The position numbers and the translations under genes are program-made. Under the pieces are notes generated by a model. The model saw nothing but the letters and a program-made list of their open reading frames with translations, made no database searches and had not been told where the DNA came from. This document shows positions 1 through 15,000 of a stretch of DNA of 64,000 nt, piece by piece. The DNA comes from Ptychomitrium polyphyllum (lineage: Eukaryota): assembly GCA_973851085.1 (NCBI GenBank), contig OZ316775.1:2232001-2296000 (forward strand). The letters run 5' to 3'. Numbering within the stretch: the first letter of the stretch is position 1; each line of letters begins with the position of its first letter.

Positions 1-101
1 AAGGGAGTCTAGACACTGAGGGAAGGTTATAATAAGCATGTTCTAGCCTTTCAATCGTACTAGGTTCAGTCCTTCATATATTACCTCATAAGACAATCAC
101 A
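1..101. mobile_element. Possible LTR retrotransposon terminus (ends ...ACAATCACA; TGTGATTGT on the minus strand)
   Basis: TG/CA-type end followed by a shift to more AT-rich sequence. The resemblance to moss Gypsy LTR ends is from memory only. Confidence 0.25.
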
Positions 102-3100
102 AATAATATGATTGATCAACACTAATTATATTCTGCACTAATTTCTACTGCTTAGAAAGATAGCTTCGATTAACAGGTTGAATCAAATGAATATAGTGTT
201 TATAAACATTCATCACTCATATAGTTAACTGATTATGTACTTAAGTATATCAATTACCTTCCATGTATTATGTATTATTCATTGAATTTGTATCTTACAA
301 AAAAATGTTTAATAATTGAGGACATTTGAAGATAATAATAATTATGAAAGATGTTATTCAAATATATCAAAAACATTAAGGTATGTTTTCAAAAACATGT
401 GGAATCATATATTTGAAGTTATATTAAATATGTTAATTAATAAATTATGTTATTTAATAAAAAATATACATTTAATTTAACTGATAATTTAATTAAAAAG
501 TGATTCAATTCGTTTATTGCAAGAACTTAGATGGATGATGATACATGCATATAAACATAGTTAATTAAAAACCATTGATTTTAGATAAATCTAAATAACA
601 ATAATAATTAAATCACTATATTTATACATATATAAATGAAGCTAATCAATAGTTGCACTTTTATGCATTTGAATAAAATACTTGTTAAATTGAATTGCAA
701 TTTTTTTTGCATTTATATATGCCAAAAGAAGAATCATTTCTATAAGTTCCATTAAAAACAGTTCCAATCTTCAATTGCATATTAAGAATTTATTTTCTGT
801 AAACTCTTTAATATGCATAATCTCATCTTTTACATGCATCTTTAGCACATTGTTAATATCTTATTGCTTCATACGTTCTTCATTGTTCCACTTCCAACTT
901 TATAGATATTCAATTATCTATAATATCCTGTCATTGTAGACAATTACTTATACAATTTGATATAGGGGCATTTAGCCATATACTTGGAACAAGCATGTTT
1001 ATTATATCCAACAATGGTTCTTTACACTACTCATTCATATATGAAATTAAAAGAAACTAATTACAGTCACATATGATTAAGCAGATTCAATCCAAATTCT
1101 AATGCAAGTGAAAGTTTATTAGGCAATAGCCTGTATATTAAAAAAATTATGTGTTTCTTGTTTACAATGAAATTAATACCATGTTACATTAAAATTTTAC
1201 ATTACAATATATTCATTATAAATTAATACAATTTTTCTTTTTTAGTTATAAGTATCAAAATAAATATTACAATTTAATACTTAAAAGTATAATGTCTACC
1301 AACACTAACAATTTAAATGATATATAAAAAAAAAAGAAAGTATAAGGAATGAAATGAAATCACTTCATACAAGCTCATTCACTTGCATGAAACTAGCTTG
1401 ATTTAATCCACACCATTACATGCATTTGTAATGGCAAAGATAAGAATACTACATGAAAACTAGTGGTCCAAAATTAATGAATAAAAATGAAAACGAATTC
1501 AAAAATACATATGTTGTACTCAACCTGAAATTCTAACAAGTTTTTGAAGTTAATCTAAAAGTGCTCAAGCATTCGATTGTAACAAGTGGTAGATTGAAAC
1601 TAGTCACCTAGCTATTGTTACTTATTGTTTCCTATTCATGAAATATTTATTCAATTCTTAGCCCAGTTGACCAACACTGATAAAGTGAAATGGAGAATCT
1701 GCTTGTAGTTGCCTCACACCTATGGAAGGGAGACTCTGAGAAGTGTATATATGGCTCGTCATCTGCACAAGTATTGCTCCAGTTTTAATATGGTGGGTGC
1801 TCAGGTGAGCGCTCTCATTATCGTTGTTCTGGAAAGTGCAGCTACCTTAGTGTCTAACTTTGGAAACATCATTCTGTGCAGTAAGTGAAAACACGCGAGC
1901 ATTGAAGAGTAGGGGCCGGTTTCAACCTGACTTTTGATGCAGTTTTCTCTGAAGCATGAAAGTCTCCAGTATTCCACATTGTGATGACAATACCATTTCT
2001 GGACTCTAGCTACGCCTCGTAGTTTGCAGAGGCCTGCAAGTTGCTGTAGACAATGTACCAAACTGCTGGAAAGTCAATTCCTCCTTCCTGTTAAAACTTG
2101 TGACAGAAAAGTTTTACTTGACCATAGAATTCGCTGTCAGTTCTGAACTCAGAAATATTTACGACGTGTGTTACGACAGCCTAAGAGGATGAACAGGTGA
2201 CTAGGAGGTGATCACAGTGTACAGCTTTATGGATCAAAGAGCATTGGATCGTTAGAATAGGAAGCATCTCACTGCCTATCGTGAACGGTTACCAGATTGT
2301 GTTGATGCAGGTGACGCTTGCGAAGGTCAGCAAAGTAGCTATCAAACTAGAGTAAGGTATACTACAGCACTTCCGGGGAACACAACCAGATTATTTTCAA
2401 GATATTACAGAGTGCAATATGCGCAAAAGACACACTGTCGATGAAGCGTAGTTCCAGATAAGGGCATATTTATTCCTTCTCCCAGCCCTGAATGTAACAG
2501 CGGCTTGAAAGCTAGCCGTCTAGAATCAAACATGCATTCAGTTAGATCTAAAACTTCACAGCGCTCCAAATCAGCTCTCCTCTGTAAGTAACTAGTATTG
2601 ATAGAAGGAACCTCTTCCTAAGTGCTACTGGTGCGAAACTAAGAGAAACCGCGACAGCTACGGACGCGGTCAGATGATAAGATAGTATAAGATGATGGCT
2701 CTCCAAAAGAATTACTTAGCCAGCAGCAGCAGCGGGTTTATTCACGACTGTTAATCTAATGGGCACCCAACCTACTCTTCCAAACATGATAAAAAAATTA
2801 CATGGGAAGATATGAGTGACTACATGGCCACAAAATCATGACCACGAATTATGAATCTAATCTATGAGTCCATCAAACCTAAGACCCTTGAAGTGCCTTT
2901 CACCCTTGGCACTCCAGTTTATTATCTCCGTTTAACTGCAATCCCCCTCAACTACGTAACCCACAGGGATCATTTGTATCAATGAACCCCTAAATGTACA
3001 GGGATCCCGCCCTGTTGTATCGTCACCACACTGTGACATTCACTCTGCTGCAGCATCTTGTGAGCGACTCTTCAGTCGTTATTATTCTACTGGCACCTAC

Positions 3101-3269
3101 TAAAGCTTACGTCCCCAAAGTTCGCTCACAAGATACTCAGCAGAGCACCACGTACCTGCACAACAATGAGTATTGAACAAATCGCGGAGCTCCTAGAACT
3201 ACATACCGGACCCACCTGACAAAAAATATTTTACTACAATGGCTAGACCTGAATACCTATCGTAGTGAC

Positions 3270-4973
3270 TTAATTGTTTTGCTTCACCCAGACACCCTTG
3301 GATGGCACTCCATTCTGGACCAAGAACATGATATAGTAAGAAGGAGGGGCAATAGTCGCGCCAGGCACGGCGGTGGCCAGCACACTCCAGCCCCTGCCAA
3401 CCTTCACAGGCACAGTAGTCTTCAGTTTCATTTGCCTTTGGCCCTGCGCATACGTATGCGTAACAAACGGTGCGCTGTTCACGATCACCTCCACACCACC
3501 CTTCCTGGCAGGCACTGTGAACGTCACCACAAATACCTGCCTGTACTTCAAGGCTCTGGGCCACCCGGTGATCGCAGGTCGGTTCCTGCATGACGAGAAA
3601 GAGAGCAACATATTCAGAATAACATGTAAAAACAAGATTCCGAAATCGGTGAAATACATCTATGCATTCAATAATATGATAGCATGATCCAGTTGATCGA
3701 CTCACCCATTGTGCAGATAGGGTGGTGAGAAAGCCTCGACCCGGAGCTCCGTGGGGAACTGTCCTCTATACGTATAGAACTGGTGGGTGTTGCTTCCGGC
3801 AAGAATAACGCGCCCATCGGAGAGCAAGTTGGCTGTGGAGTGGTACAATCGAGGGATGTTTGTCTTTGCGAAGACGGTGTATCTCCCATTTGCAGGGTTG
3901 TAGTTAACCGGGTTCAGCGCCGGGTTGTTGGCCTTACCCCACCCCTGGAACCCGTTCTGGGCGCCGTTGATGATCAGCACATCACCCGTCGGCAAGTTGA
4001 TCATGTCACCCATCGTGCGCCGGATGGGCATGTTCGACATCGCCCACCTGGGCTTGCCGGCTGTGACGACCATTCGCCCACAGCTCGCAGACGCAGGCGC
4101 GTTCACATTCCCACTCCTGGAAGCGCCATCAGCCGCACCTCCGCAAATCATCACCTCAGCGGCTCCGAATCCGTTCTGATATGTCAAGGGCAGCAGCACG
4201 GCGGACCCGGCGGACGGGTAGTTACGGGGGTTTCCAGGGATGGCGGGGTAGTTGCGCACCACCTTGCCGGAGCCCCAGTTGAGCTGCACCGAGTTCTTGT
4301 TGGCGAAAATGAAGAGGTCGCCGTTCGGCAGCAGGTACACGAACGGGTAGAGATTGTCGGATCCCCCTAGCATTCCTAGCTTGAAGACGCCCTCGCCGGC
4401 TCTGCGCTTCGGATAGAACTCATATGATGCGGTAGCGCGGCCGCCGACAATGATTTGGCGGAGTCCCGAGGGCAGCAATTGGTTGGACGCGTACCAACGC
4501 CCCACTGCGAGATTCTCCTTGAGCTCCATCCAATCGCAGTTACCATTCGGTGCGCACGGCATGAGAGTGCGGATCTTGCGGTTTCCCTCGAAGTCGCCTC
4601 CGGTCTGCACAAGCAGACCGTTTGCGAAGAACTGACCACTCGAGCACCAGGTATCTGAGAATACAAATAGCGGCCGTACAGTGTTGGACGGGTTGAACAT
4701 CACGCTGTGCGCATAGCAGTCAGTCTTGCTAATGCGCTCCTGCGCGTTCTTGCGGCACCGCCCCCCCGGCAGCCTGATCGCTGAGGGTCCAGTATTCGTC
4801 CGGTCCAGCATGATGACCGTATCGAAGTGGGTCACAGCGGTGTGCATCGCCGATATACCCGCGTTCTTGTTTAACAGAGCCCAGCTGCCCTGCGCCATCG
4901 TGTGCTGGACCAAGAGCTGCAGCAACACAAGAGCCTGGAGGACGAGTCCCACTTGGCTCGACGTCATCCTCAT
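3270..4973 (-). CDS. Secreted glyoxal oxidase / galactose oxidase-like copper radical oxidase (CAZy AA5), 2 exons (4973-3706, 3585-3270), 527 aa
   Basis: Hydrophobic signal peptide. Motifs TWCSSG (cofactor Cys), RWYAS (Tyr), RLYHS (Tyr/His) and GSNTH (His); C-terminal APPSYYIMFLV Ig-like domain. A GT-AG intron at 3586-3705 joins LHNG to NRPAIT in frame. Confidence 0.93.
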
Positions 4974-7900
4974 GATACCACTGCTCTGCTTCTAATCAAT
5001 GATCAGCTGGAATCCAACAGACTTATTTCAACCGAACGTCTAGTCCTTCGAGTAGGTTCTGAAACTTTCACATACAAGCTTCCAACCTCTTCACAAACCG
5101 TCAACAAAGCAAACTAGACAAACAATTAAAGTACTGAACAATGCAGAAACTGAATCTGTAGTTAGTACTCTAGTCAGGACCTTGACGCAAGCCAGCGGTT
5201 ATCAGTGTTAAACTTTTAAATACAGTAGCAGACCATTTCTGTTTGACTCGAAAACGGAGAGGCCCAGGATGAAGTCACATCCCGAAGCTTTCCGCTGACT
5301 GCTACTACCACAAGATGACGATCATTCGAGAGTATTAGTACTGCCTCATCACCTTATGGATTGGCGTCACTGTACTCCTCTCGTGGATTCCATGGCCAGG
5401 CTGTATCGTGTCTTTTGCTAAATAGGGCCACAGTTACTGTAACATGCGACTGTAACGTGTAGTTTACCGTTGCTCCTCGAAATGAATATCTCAGTTTTTT
5501 ATAATTGCAAGAAAGTCTCTTTGGAAGGCTGTATCTAGTATTAAGTGAAGTTTGCAATGTTGAAGGTTAACAGTTTCGATATTCAATTGTTTCCACATTC
5601 ATTCGACAGAGCATCGGATAACCCAGTTGTACAATTTCAGTGTCACCTTCAGCCTTCAGATGTACACTGCCATTGTTACTAGTAGCAGGTACAGCTCGCG
5701 TAAAAAACGATAGTTAAATTAATGTTGCTGTTTAAGTAACTGTTACAGTAGCTGTTCGTTGAGGTTGAATATCTCCGATGTACGATGCAAGAAGGTTCAT
5801 TTGGCCATGGGTACTGTGCCAGTGAGTTTTTTTCCTTTGGGCATATACTGCAGGCACTGTAAGTTCATTCGCACAGCAATGTTTTTCCAAGTTTGTCTCG
5901 TCCAATTTCTATTTCCTTTGAAAGGGAGTGCATGCTGTGTACAGACAACACGATATCTTTCGTTATGAGCTGGGACAAAAGCTCATTCTACAGCGAACTG
6001 CCTTAAAATGCTATGTCATGTTCATGTATGCTGTGAAAGCGGTTAATAGTTCATGCTGAAAGTGGCTCCCGTAGAGGTTGTCAGCTACTTCTCCGAGGTT
6101 CCTTGAGTATCACATTTAAATTTAGAGAGTCATAATGCATTTTCCACCAAGACGTTGCGTCATTCAAATTTTCACCTCTTCTTCTACCCTAACCAAGATT
6201 CACTTTCGGGGGTGATTATTTAGAGCCCTAATAGTAAATTTAGATCACTGATTGCTCAATGTCTTGAGATTTTCTACTTCATCTTCGAAATCGGCAATTT
6301 AAAAACCTAACATGAAACTTGAAGTGATGAATGGCGAAAGGCCACGTCCAGGTCTGCTCTTGACTGAGAACTTTACCACATTGATGTGCCGTTCCTTGTC
6401 ATTTCAGAATTTGGCAGCACCCTGTTCAAGTACCTCCGCTGCTTGTGATCGCCACAAACCTGATCCGAGGGGCAGTCTGCTGGGAAGACTTGACACTTGT
6501 CTTTTGCTACTTGGGCCTGCATGGCCGCTTCAATCGGCCTGTCCTCATTCAGAGGTCCAAATTCAGTAGACCCAGTTCATTTCACAAATTCACTCACTCT
6601 ACCAGTTCCGCACCAAAATGCCTGGCCGGTACTGTTGCTTAGTGGGAGGGCGAAATGCAAGGAGAGTGCAGGAGATGCACCTCTTATTATTGCATTCCCT
6701 GTATTTACTGCAACTGTGAAATGCAGCCGTAAATAAGAATTTCACTTACACCGGTTTACAAGTCAAGTCCATAAATGGTATGAAAACACGAATTTCATGC
6801 GAACGGGGTTCCAAACATGGAAGCGCAGGCTCCCATCCCTCATATGAAATGCCTTTGAACTGTGTGCGGGTTATGTGCAAATATTTTTAGGTGTTCCAGA
6901 AGTATAAAAGGTGACAACAGAGAAAGGAACCCGAAGGTTCGTGCGCATGTCTGAGCGCGTTGCAGCGCGTATGTCAGTTTTCCCTAACTCCTTGCCCTGA
7001 CTTTGCTTGAAAGCGGATCGGACGAGAGCTCGCTCGCTGCATTGCGCATATCAACTCATACCAGCACTTGCTGTTAATTTAGTGTTGCCAGCAAGATTGT
7101 CATATGCCTCATCGTCTAAAGTTGGAAACGCTTTGAAATTATTTACTGTTCACAAGCGGATCCAGAGGGAATGTACTACTGATGTTGCATGTTCAGGTGG
7201 TCTTGCCTCTCTGGTATCAGAACTCTATTGGGAAATGAGTTCTATATCAGAACAGACGCTCCATATTTGCTTACCGAAAAGTAAAGTCATTTGGTATATA
7301 TACTTTACAGAGTTTCTAAACATAGAACTGCAACTGGTGTACCTGCACGTCATAGGTCTTTTAAGGTGGGTGAATTTCTAATATTAAATTTTATCTTCCT
7401 GCTGTGAAGGGTAGTTGCGCGCCCTGCAGATCGGGGTAGTTCGGGGTTTGGTAAGGACAGAAGGCGCCAGTCATTTCTTTCCTCTATTACTCCTGCAATC
7501 CAGCGGCCTTGATAATGTTAGAGGTGTTGGCACATGTTTATCCTTGTTTTCTGACATGCAGATTAACGTCTCTCTCGGAGCTACGTTTAAATGTACTAGG
7601 TTTGAACTGTACTGATCTTACAAATAGACTGTTTGCTGCATGTTAAGTACACGTTAATAAATTTTCGTGAAATTATTTGGTGTCTCCGTATCTCCTTCAG
7701 GGACGGTCAATCAAGGCGGCAATGGATCCGTGTCAAGACTGGTTGTATAGAGTGAAAATGAAAAACTAAGGAAGTGTCGATCAGTCACTTTACAAAAAAA
7801 AAAAACTAAGGAAAGTGAAAGTTGAACATAAATGGAATTGGAAGAACCTGTGGTCTGTGAACTGAAGCAGCATCTTGTGAACGAGGGCGATTTTCCGTAA

Positions 7901-9000
7901 AACCACTTATCTATGATATTATTTTCTTTCATTCTTCAGTTCTGTCTTACTGATCGGTATCAGCAGTTTACAACTTCGAAGTACAAGCACTATCTCGAAT
8001 GCAGTGTCAGTCCCTTGGAAAGCACCATTAGTTGCTCCACTCTTTAAGCATCAAATCTGCAAAATGTCACTTAGTTTATTCAAATGAATATCTTGCATTT
8101 TGAACAAGAGCCTTCCAGGTCGGCCCCTAAAATTGGTCAAAGACTGAATGGAATGTACTATCGAGTTTATTCGCTATAAAGTAATTCACAAATAAAACAA
8201 TAATGTTGAATGTTAGATTTTGTTCACGATAAATGAAGGAAGCTAGGATTCAGTGAGCAGATTACTATAAGACTACATAGGTATTGCAGTGCAAGCTCCG
8301 TATATCTCCCATTTGAGGATGACGCAAGATCTAGAGATGCAGCCATATGGCTAAATGAACTCATTCCGCAAAATTCTGAAGTGCAAGTGACGAGGTCATT
8401 TTTCTATCATTTGGTAAGAACGACCAGGCACTGCAAATGTTTTTTAGATCACAACCATGCTATAGTCCCATGAATCACAAAAGCAAAAGTGTTTAGGCTT
8501 TCTCACTGCAGATCTTTATTACTCAAAATTGAAGGCTCAGGTCCATAAAACAAGTGTCCCTATGACTTCTATTCAATGTCAACATCAACCAATCTCTGAA
8601 GCACAATAACTGACAAGCAAAGCGTTTAATGCATGTGGATTTACGCACCCATCGTCACATTCCACTCTGGCGAGACGCATCATAACATAAATCATCGAAT
8701 TCCGATAACACGTCTACAATAATACTAGGACCTCACACCTTGTTCTACGTCTACCCGCATCTGAGTTCTACTACAACCCCAGAAACCAACATCCCAAATT
8801 AGCTTAAAGACATAGTGCTAATAGTAGTAACATCTGAGCAAGGAACAGGTTAACCACTTGCATTTCTCCCTTATCAAAAACTGTGACTCGTGTGAATATC
8901 TCCCAATAGAAACTAACTGGTTCTTCCCTAATGTACCAGGGTCAGCAGCCAGACGACCTCAGTAGGCGAAAGATTGAATACAACTTAAAAGAACTTCCGT

Positions 9001-12000
9001 TTAGTTCAAAACTAAGTCTCTAAGCCCACCGTTCACCGAGTGGGTGTGATCTTTCTCCCCTACGACATCAGATTCGACCTCACCGTTGTCCGACTGATTT
9101 AAATCTTTTGAGTTTGCAACTCCTAATGCTGCGGAGCTTTTAGCACCTTTAAAATACGTTGAATAGGGGAATAACTCTGCACAACGTGCCGTCCACTCTG
9201 CAATATCAAAAGTTCAAAAGTCAAACCAAATCATACATTTAATAAAACAATACGTTACAGATACTAGACTACGAAAAGAAACAGCACATTCTGCAGCTTG
9301 GAATAAATGTTTAAAGATTAGAAAGCAAGGAAGTATCAGTAGCAACGGATCAGACGCACTTAAGAAAACAACCCATAAGTGTAAAAGTGGAATTCAAGCC
9401 ATTTACAATGTAGATAATGAAATCAGAAAATTTCCAAAAAATAACTGATTTCAGAGCATTCAGTATTAATGATACAATGATCGTCAAAAGATTGTAAACA
9501 CAGTTTCAATTGGCTTTACTTGATGCAGCCTCAGCATCTTTGAAAGAAGTCTCCAGCAACTGGTGCACTGCTACACAATCCTTCAAAAGCCATTCGGATG
9601 GAGTATCCTTTGCTCCTCCAGATGCAGCCCTGTTTATCGAAGTGCTCAAAAGCATGGCACGGTCAGATTGCAGGCAAGTGGTGCACCTAAACACTTTTCG
9701 CTTTCAAACAGTTTGCAATACAATAAAAATTTGAAATGAACTTCATTGCAGCACTGCAAGATATTTTGTGTACCTTTCAAATGAGTCTTCAATAATTTTA
9801 ATTGCCTCAGTCTTCTCATTTGGACAGAGAAGAAAATGAATCTCTGCCGCAGCAGCCCTATGCTTCAGGGAATCTGACATACACAAAGAATGAGATAAAC
9901 ATATATATGATTGAAGCAGAGATTAGAATAAGTGACGGAACCAAGAAATACATGAGTATATATAAAGGTTGCCAAATAATGTCAAATATTAAAGATTGCA
10001 CCTAAAACCACATCAGACACAGAAAGCCCTCGAGCAGAAGAAGTAAAAGGACAATGCAACTAACCGTTATGAGCCGCAAGAAGATCTCTGTTTGCGACCA
10101 GTAGAGATTTTTCTCCAAGCTCCCTGCAGTATGTAACATTTAATACAATTCAACCGAAAGAATGATGTACTCTAAAATTTGAAGTGATACCAATTAATCA
10201 TCAGATCATTTATTGTTAAGACTATGACTGTTGGAAAATTTAGAATGAGAGCAAGCGTCTTATAATAGCACAAACAGAAACAACTAAAAGGCTTACCTCA
10301 GTGATGCTCTCTCCATGGCAATCACATCACTGATGATCTTGTCAGCATGAGTATCTGGGCTTGGTAGTTTGTCCAAGGATTCAAACAAGCGAATCTGAAT
10401 TTGAGAATACACAAAAGTATGCTCATTAACAAACTTACAATGAAAACCACTAATTTGACAGGCACAGATAGTTCTTGTAAAATATTCCCTAATCTTCCTT
10501 GTAACAAGTCTTACACACCGTATACATTCGACGTGTATAGGAAGAAAGACAATTATACAGCCACGCCATTTCTATTGAACATAAACAACCTTAGATATCA
10601 ACTCACCAAACAACGGTGTACATCAGGGCTGCTTGGATCCAATGCCAACTGTTTCTTCACAGCCTGAAAACGGACACCAAATCAGTTCCAGTATGAGCAC
10701 TTACTCCGCAATTTCAAACGCCATGTTGCAGAGAAAGAGAAAATTTCGGGTCAGTGCAATAATTTGTAACTAATCAGTGCGTTTCACTTGCGAAGAGCTG
10801 TAAGACAAACCGGCATACCTGAAGAGCGAGTAATTTCTTGCCTTTCCGGAAGTATACTTCGAAGGCAAGCAGATGGGTTTCAAGAGCTTTTGCTGAATGC
10901 TCTTGCAAAAGTCTCAAATACTTAAGTGCTTCGCTTAAAGGATCTTCAACCTATACGAACGAGCACAAATGACACAAGGTTAATGACCTCAAACATTTGA
11001 CAGCACAAAAACAGGAAAAATCGTATTCATACATATTTGTAGAAAAATTAAATATTAATGCATCAACAATAAATTTGGGAAGATATCACAGTCCAGATAA
11101 GCTTCAGATAAGCGATGCCTGCAAAAGCACATGTAGAGAGAAGACAATGCACATACATGCATCAGCTGATCACCGTCAGGATCTGTATCTACAGGCTTAG
11201 GTGTTTGTGCGTTTTTCTTTCCTCCTTTACTTGCCACAGTCTCCTTAATTTCCTCCTCCTTTGCCTTCTCTTCTGCCTCCTGAAAGATAAGAAAGATAGA
11301 CATGTTACAAAATGAAGCCAAGACAGAATGGTCTGAAGTTGGACCAAATGTATTATTCTGAAACCCCAATGAAGAAAATAATATATAATCTCGAACTCCA
11401 ACTTCCAGTTTCGAGGTTTATCACATACCTTCTTAGCTTTTGCTTCGGCTTTGCGTATTTTCTGGCGCATTTTCTTTCGTTCTGCAGCAGGAAGACCTGC
11501 TACAGCCGCTTCAGCCTCTTCCGCAGCTGCCTTTGGAGGGGAGTCATAGAGTTTAATGTAACATCTGAAAGGCAAGATACATGCCAGCAATTTCAACAAG
11601 CAGAGATCAAGTCATATACTATATAACAAATTAAATCAGCAATAATAATTTACAGTAAAAGTAGGTATGAGAAGATATTATAAGCAAAAGAAAAAGGTAG
11701 AAGAGGATATTAAAAACCCACAAAAGAGGCAGTTTTACAAACTCACTAAAACATAACAGATGAAGTAGCATATCATGACCATCAACTAAAACGAGACTAT
11801 ATCACACATTACAATGTGGCAACCACAAAATAAAGTACCTGATGGCCGAAGTGGCAGCCGTAAAGAAGAAACGATGAGAATGAAGATGGTCCTGGAAGCG
11901 CAGCATCCGGATGTATGCCCGTAACGTCATTTTGCGCACGCAATAAGTGTGAAAGTCAAACTGATCCTCAACCATATCATTGTAATGTTTCTCCACGGAC

Positions 12001-15000
12001 AAGTACTTCTTCAAAGCTTTACCCATGTTCCCTTGCCGGAAATGACTGTCACCAGATGCTATCTCATACCTGAAAAATAAGAAGAGATCAGAAATCTCTT
12101 GGACTATAGTTGAATCAAGCAGAAACCTATACAAAGTTTATATGTATTTCTTACCGTCAATTCAAAAAAACTCAACTACTTACCACATGCACTGCATGTC
12201 AAATAAATTGTTGTGCTGATCACCGTCCTTGGTAAAAAGCACAGCCGTCTTCTCTGCAAGCTCGACCTAAGGTAGACACAGCTGCAACTGATTCAGTATT
12301 CAATCTTTACAAGCCTGCAAGGATGGGCTTTGACAAAATGATAGAGGACGATCATAAGATATGCAAATTCAAAAAAAGCCATTAAAAGGTTTCTCCGAAA
12401 CAAAAATCCCCATGTAAGGGGAAATCATTAGAAGCAGCAACAATACCTGGTCAGCTTGAAGCATGCGTTTCACACATTCACTGTTCAAAAACCGATCAGC
12501 AAGATCCATAGTTCGTGCTTCATCGGCTAAAGCTGCAGCGGCCACAGGATCTCCAGCATGCTTTAATATTCTTCCCTGTGAAATAGAAGATGCTGTTAAT
12601 GCTTATAGCAGAATGTGAACATGTCAAAAGAACTACATAGAATAATCCACAATATGACACACTGTTCTAGGAGCGGCCAGCCAGCACCCACATAAAGTAA
12701 GAGAAAAATAATGATTGATCTATTAAAAGTAACACTTCCTTAAACAGCAGTGCCCTGTGAAATGTACTCAAGCCATGTACTCAAAGCAAGGCTAACTATA
12801 CTCAAACGGCCCTATAAACACAAATACTAAACCAAATACATGAAAGATAATTTACATCCAAAGATGAACTTGGAAAATAACAAGATTAGCACCTTCACAA
12901 GATATAGGTCAATAACTGTTGGCGTGTGCTCAATTGCTTGATTAATGAAAGAACGAGCCTTTTCGTAATGTCGTCTTTGATCAAAGTGCTGTAGAAGGTT
13001 TCATTACCAAACAAAACCTGTAAGAAGCGATCTCTATAAACAAGAATCTATCAATCAAAGTAGAAAGACCCAAACAAAAAGCTTGAGATAAGCATACCTG
13101 AGCAAGAAGATAAAGAGTCCACAAGTAGGTTGAGGGAGACTCTATATCAGAACTGCAAAATGTAAAAAAGTAGTAAATTACCTCCAGGAAAATCTTATTC
13201 GTTCTTGTAGATTCTAACCCCGTATTTGCCCTCGATCAAGAAGCAGTTCCATTAATTCTAAATAGTTTGTCATCCTTAACCAAACAAACTTCCCTTCCTA
13301 CTCTCCAGGATTGTGCATACCAAGCAAATGCTCCAATTTGAGCATGACGAGAGAAAATATCAATGTATTACCTGCTAGGAAACGTTTTTGACGTCTTAAG
13401 AGAAGACAAGACTTCAAGAAAAACCTCCTCTAAAATTTCTACCTGCAAACAAAAGCTAAGGCATCAATTGCAGAAAATATAACACTCGCATTTCAATATG
13501 TAAAGGCACTCACGATTTACACAAAGCTATATTTACACACTTACAATGTACATACAAGCATCAGCAGGTGCAGCATCGTGATGTGAAGCTGTACACAATC
13601 TAACCCAATATTTTTAAGAAAAAAACAAAATAACAGTACAGAATATAACAACGTGTGGGAGACAAATCCTAGGATTTGAAATAATCCTTGAAGACTCAAC
13701 TCAACTTACAAAAAAAGAATCTCTGTCAATACCATACCTTTCCATGATGGCTGAAAAGCGGACGGAGGTCGGTAAATAGTGAGGGTACACCCTAAAAACA
13801 AACATCAACATTAAATTAGCAGCAAGATTTCTTCAATCCAAAAATACCCTACTAGAAAGTAGAAACCCCTGCTACATTGAAATAAACATTCCCAATAGTC
13901 AAATACAGAAATTAACACAACCGTAATATCAAATCCCATATATAATGATACAATAATGTAATCCTTAGTATATAAAATAAATGCAGACGAACATAAGCAC
14001 AAAGAGATGAAGGGAAGAACCAAACCTTTTTCAAAAATGGGCGAACATACAGACTAACTGCTGATTTGAATGCATCGCCTTCCAAGAAATCCAATGGGAT
14101 ACGCTGCACAAAAACCCAAAAGTTTTTTCAAGCTAAATGCTAAGTTGCAGATAGGTTTGGCTGCCTATTTACACAACCAGACATGCAACGAAAGTCCACT
14201 TTGCAAAATACGGCACCAGGAATTATAACCATACAGCAGGTGCTTTTTAACTACCGTACCACCATATCCCTGTAATTTAAAAAATAAATAAATTTGGAGG
14301 CATATATATCATAGGTATTTAAAACATTAATGTCTTACATATCAAAACATAAAAGTCCTTAGTAATTTTAATGCATAGTATTTAGAGGTCTGACCTTGGC
14401 AGCAGCAGACCGAGGATACTTTAAGCGAAGACCATCATAAAGTTCAACTAACTTTTCCACCTGCTCAAAAGTGTACACATTTCCATCTGGCCTTAATCCA
14501 AGACATTTTTGCAGGCCTTCATAGTAGCTGCATCCAGAAAAAGGTTAAAGTGAATAAAAACAGCTAAAAAGAGTTCCAAAACTAAACATGATGTAAAATT
14601 TTGTCAAGGCTATTAACAAATGGTATCACCAGGTACTAAACATTCACATATGCAGTTGATAGCCATTAATACTAAACTTGAAGCGCGTTACCGAGATAAC
14701 TTACTGATAATTGTCAGGGTTAACGTCAAGAAGTTTTCGATAGACCTCCTCCGCTTCTGCTAAACGGTTTGTTTGCAAGTACAGCAATGCTCGATGTTCT
14801 CTAAGTCCCAGCTTGTCTACCTGTTCCAAAAAAATGAATTACTGAATTAGCCATATAAAGAAACCACTCCCTCCACACATGTAATCCCAGCGTTTCGTCT
14901 TGCATTTGCATGAAAAAACCCAATACCTTGGCTATCTTAAAACAAAATCAACAAAATCAAGACAAGAGCGGAATATCCCCAGTCAAGCGTCCTATTCAGG

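Noticed and set aside
3279..4995. Antisense and alternative-frame ORFs over the oxidase gene (e.g. 3783-4370)
   Set aside because: Shadow ORFs expected from GC-rich codon usage; no recognisable motifs.
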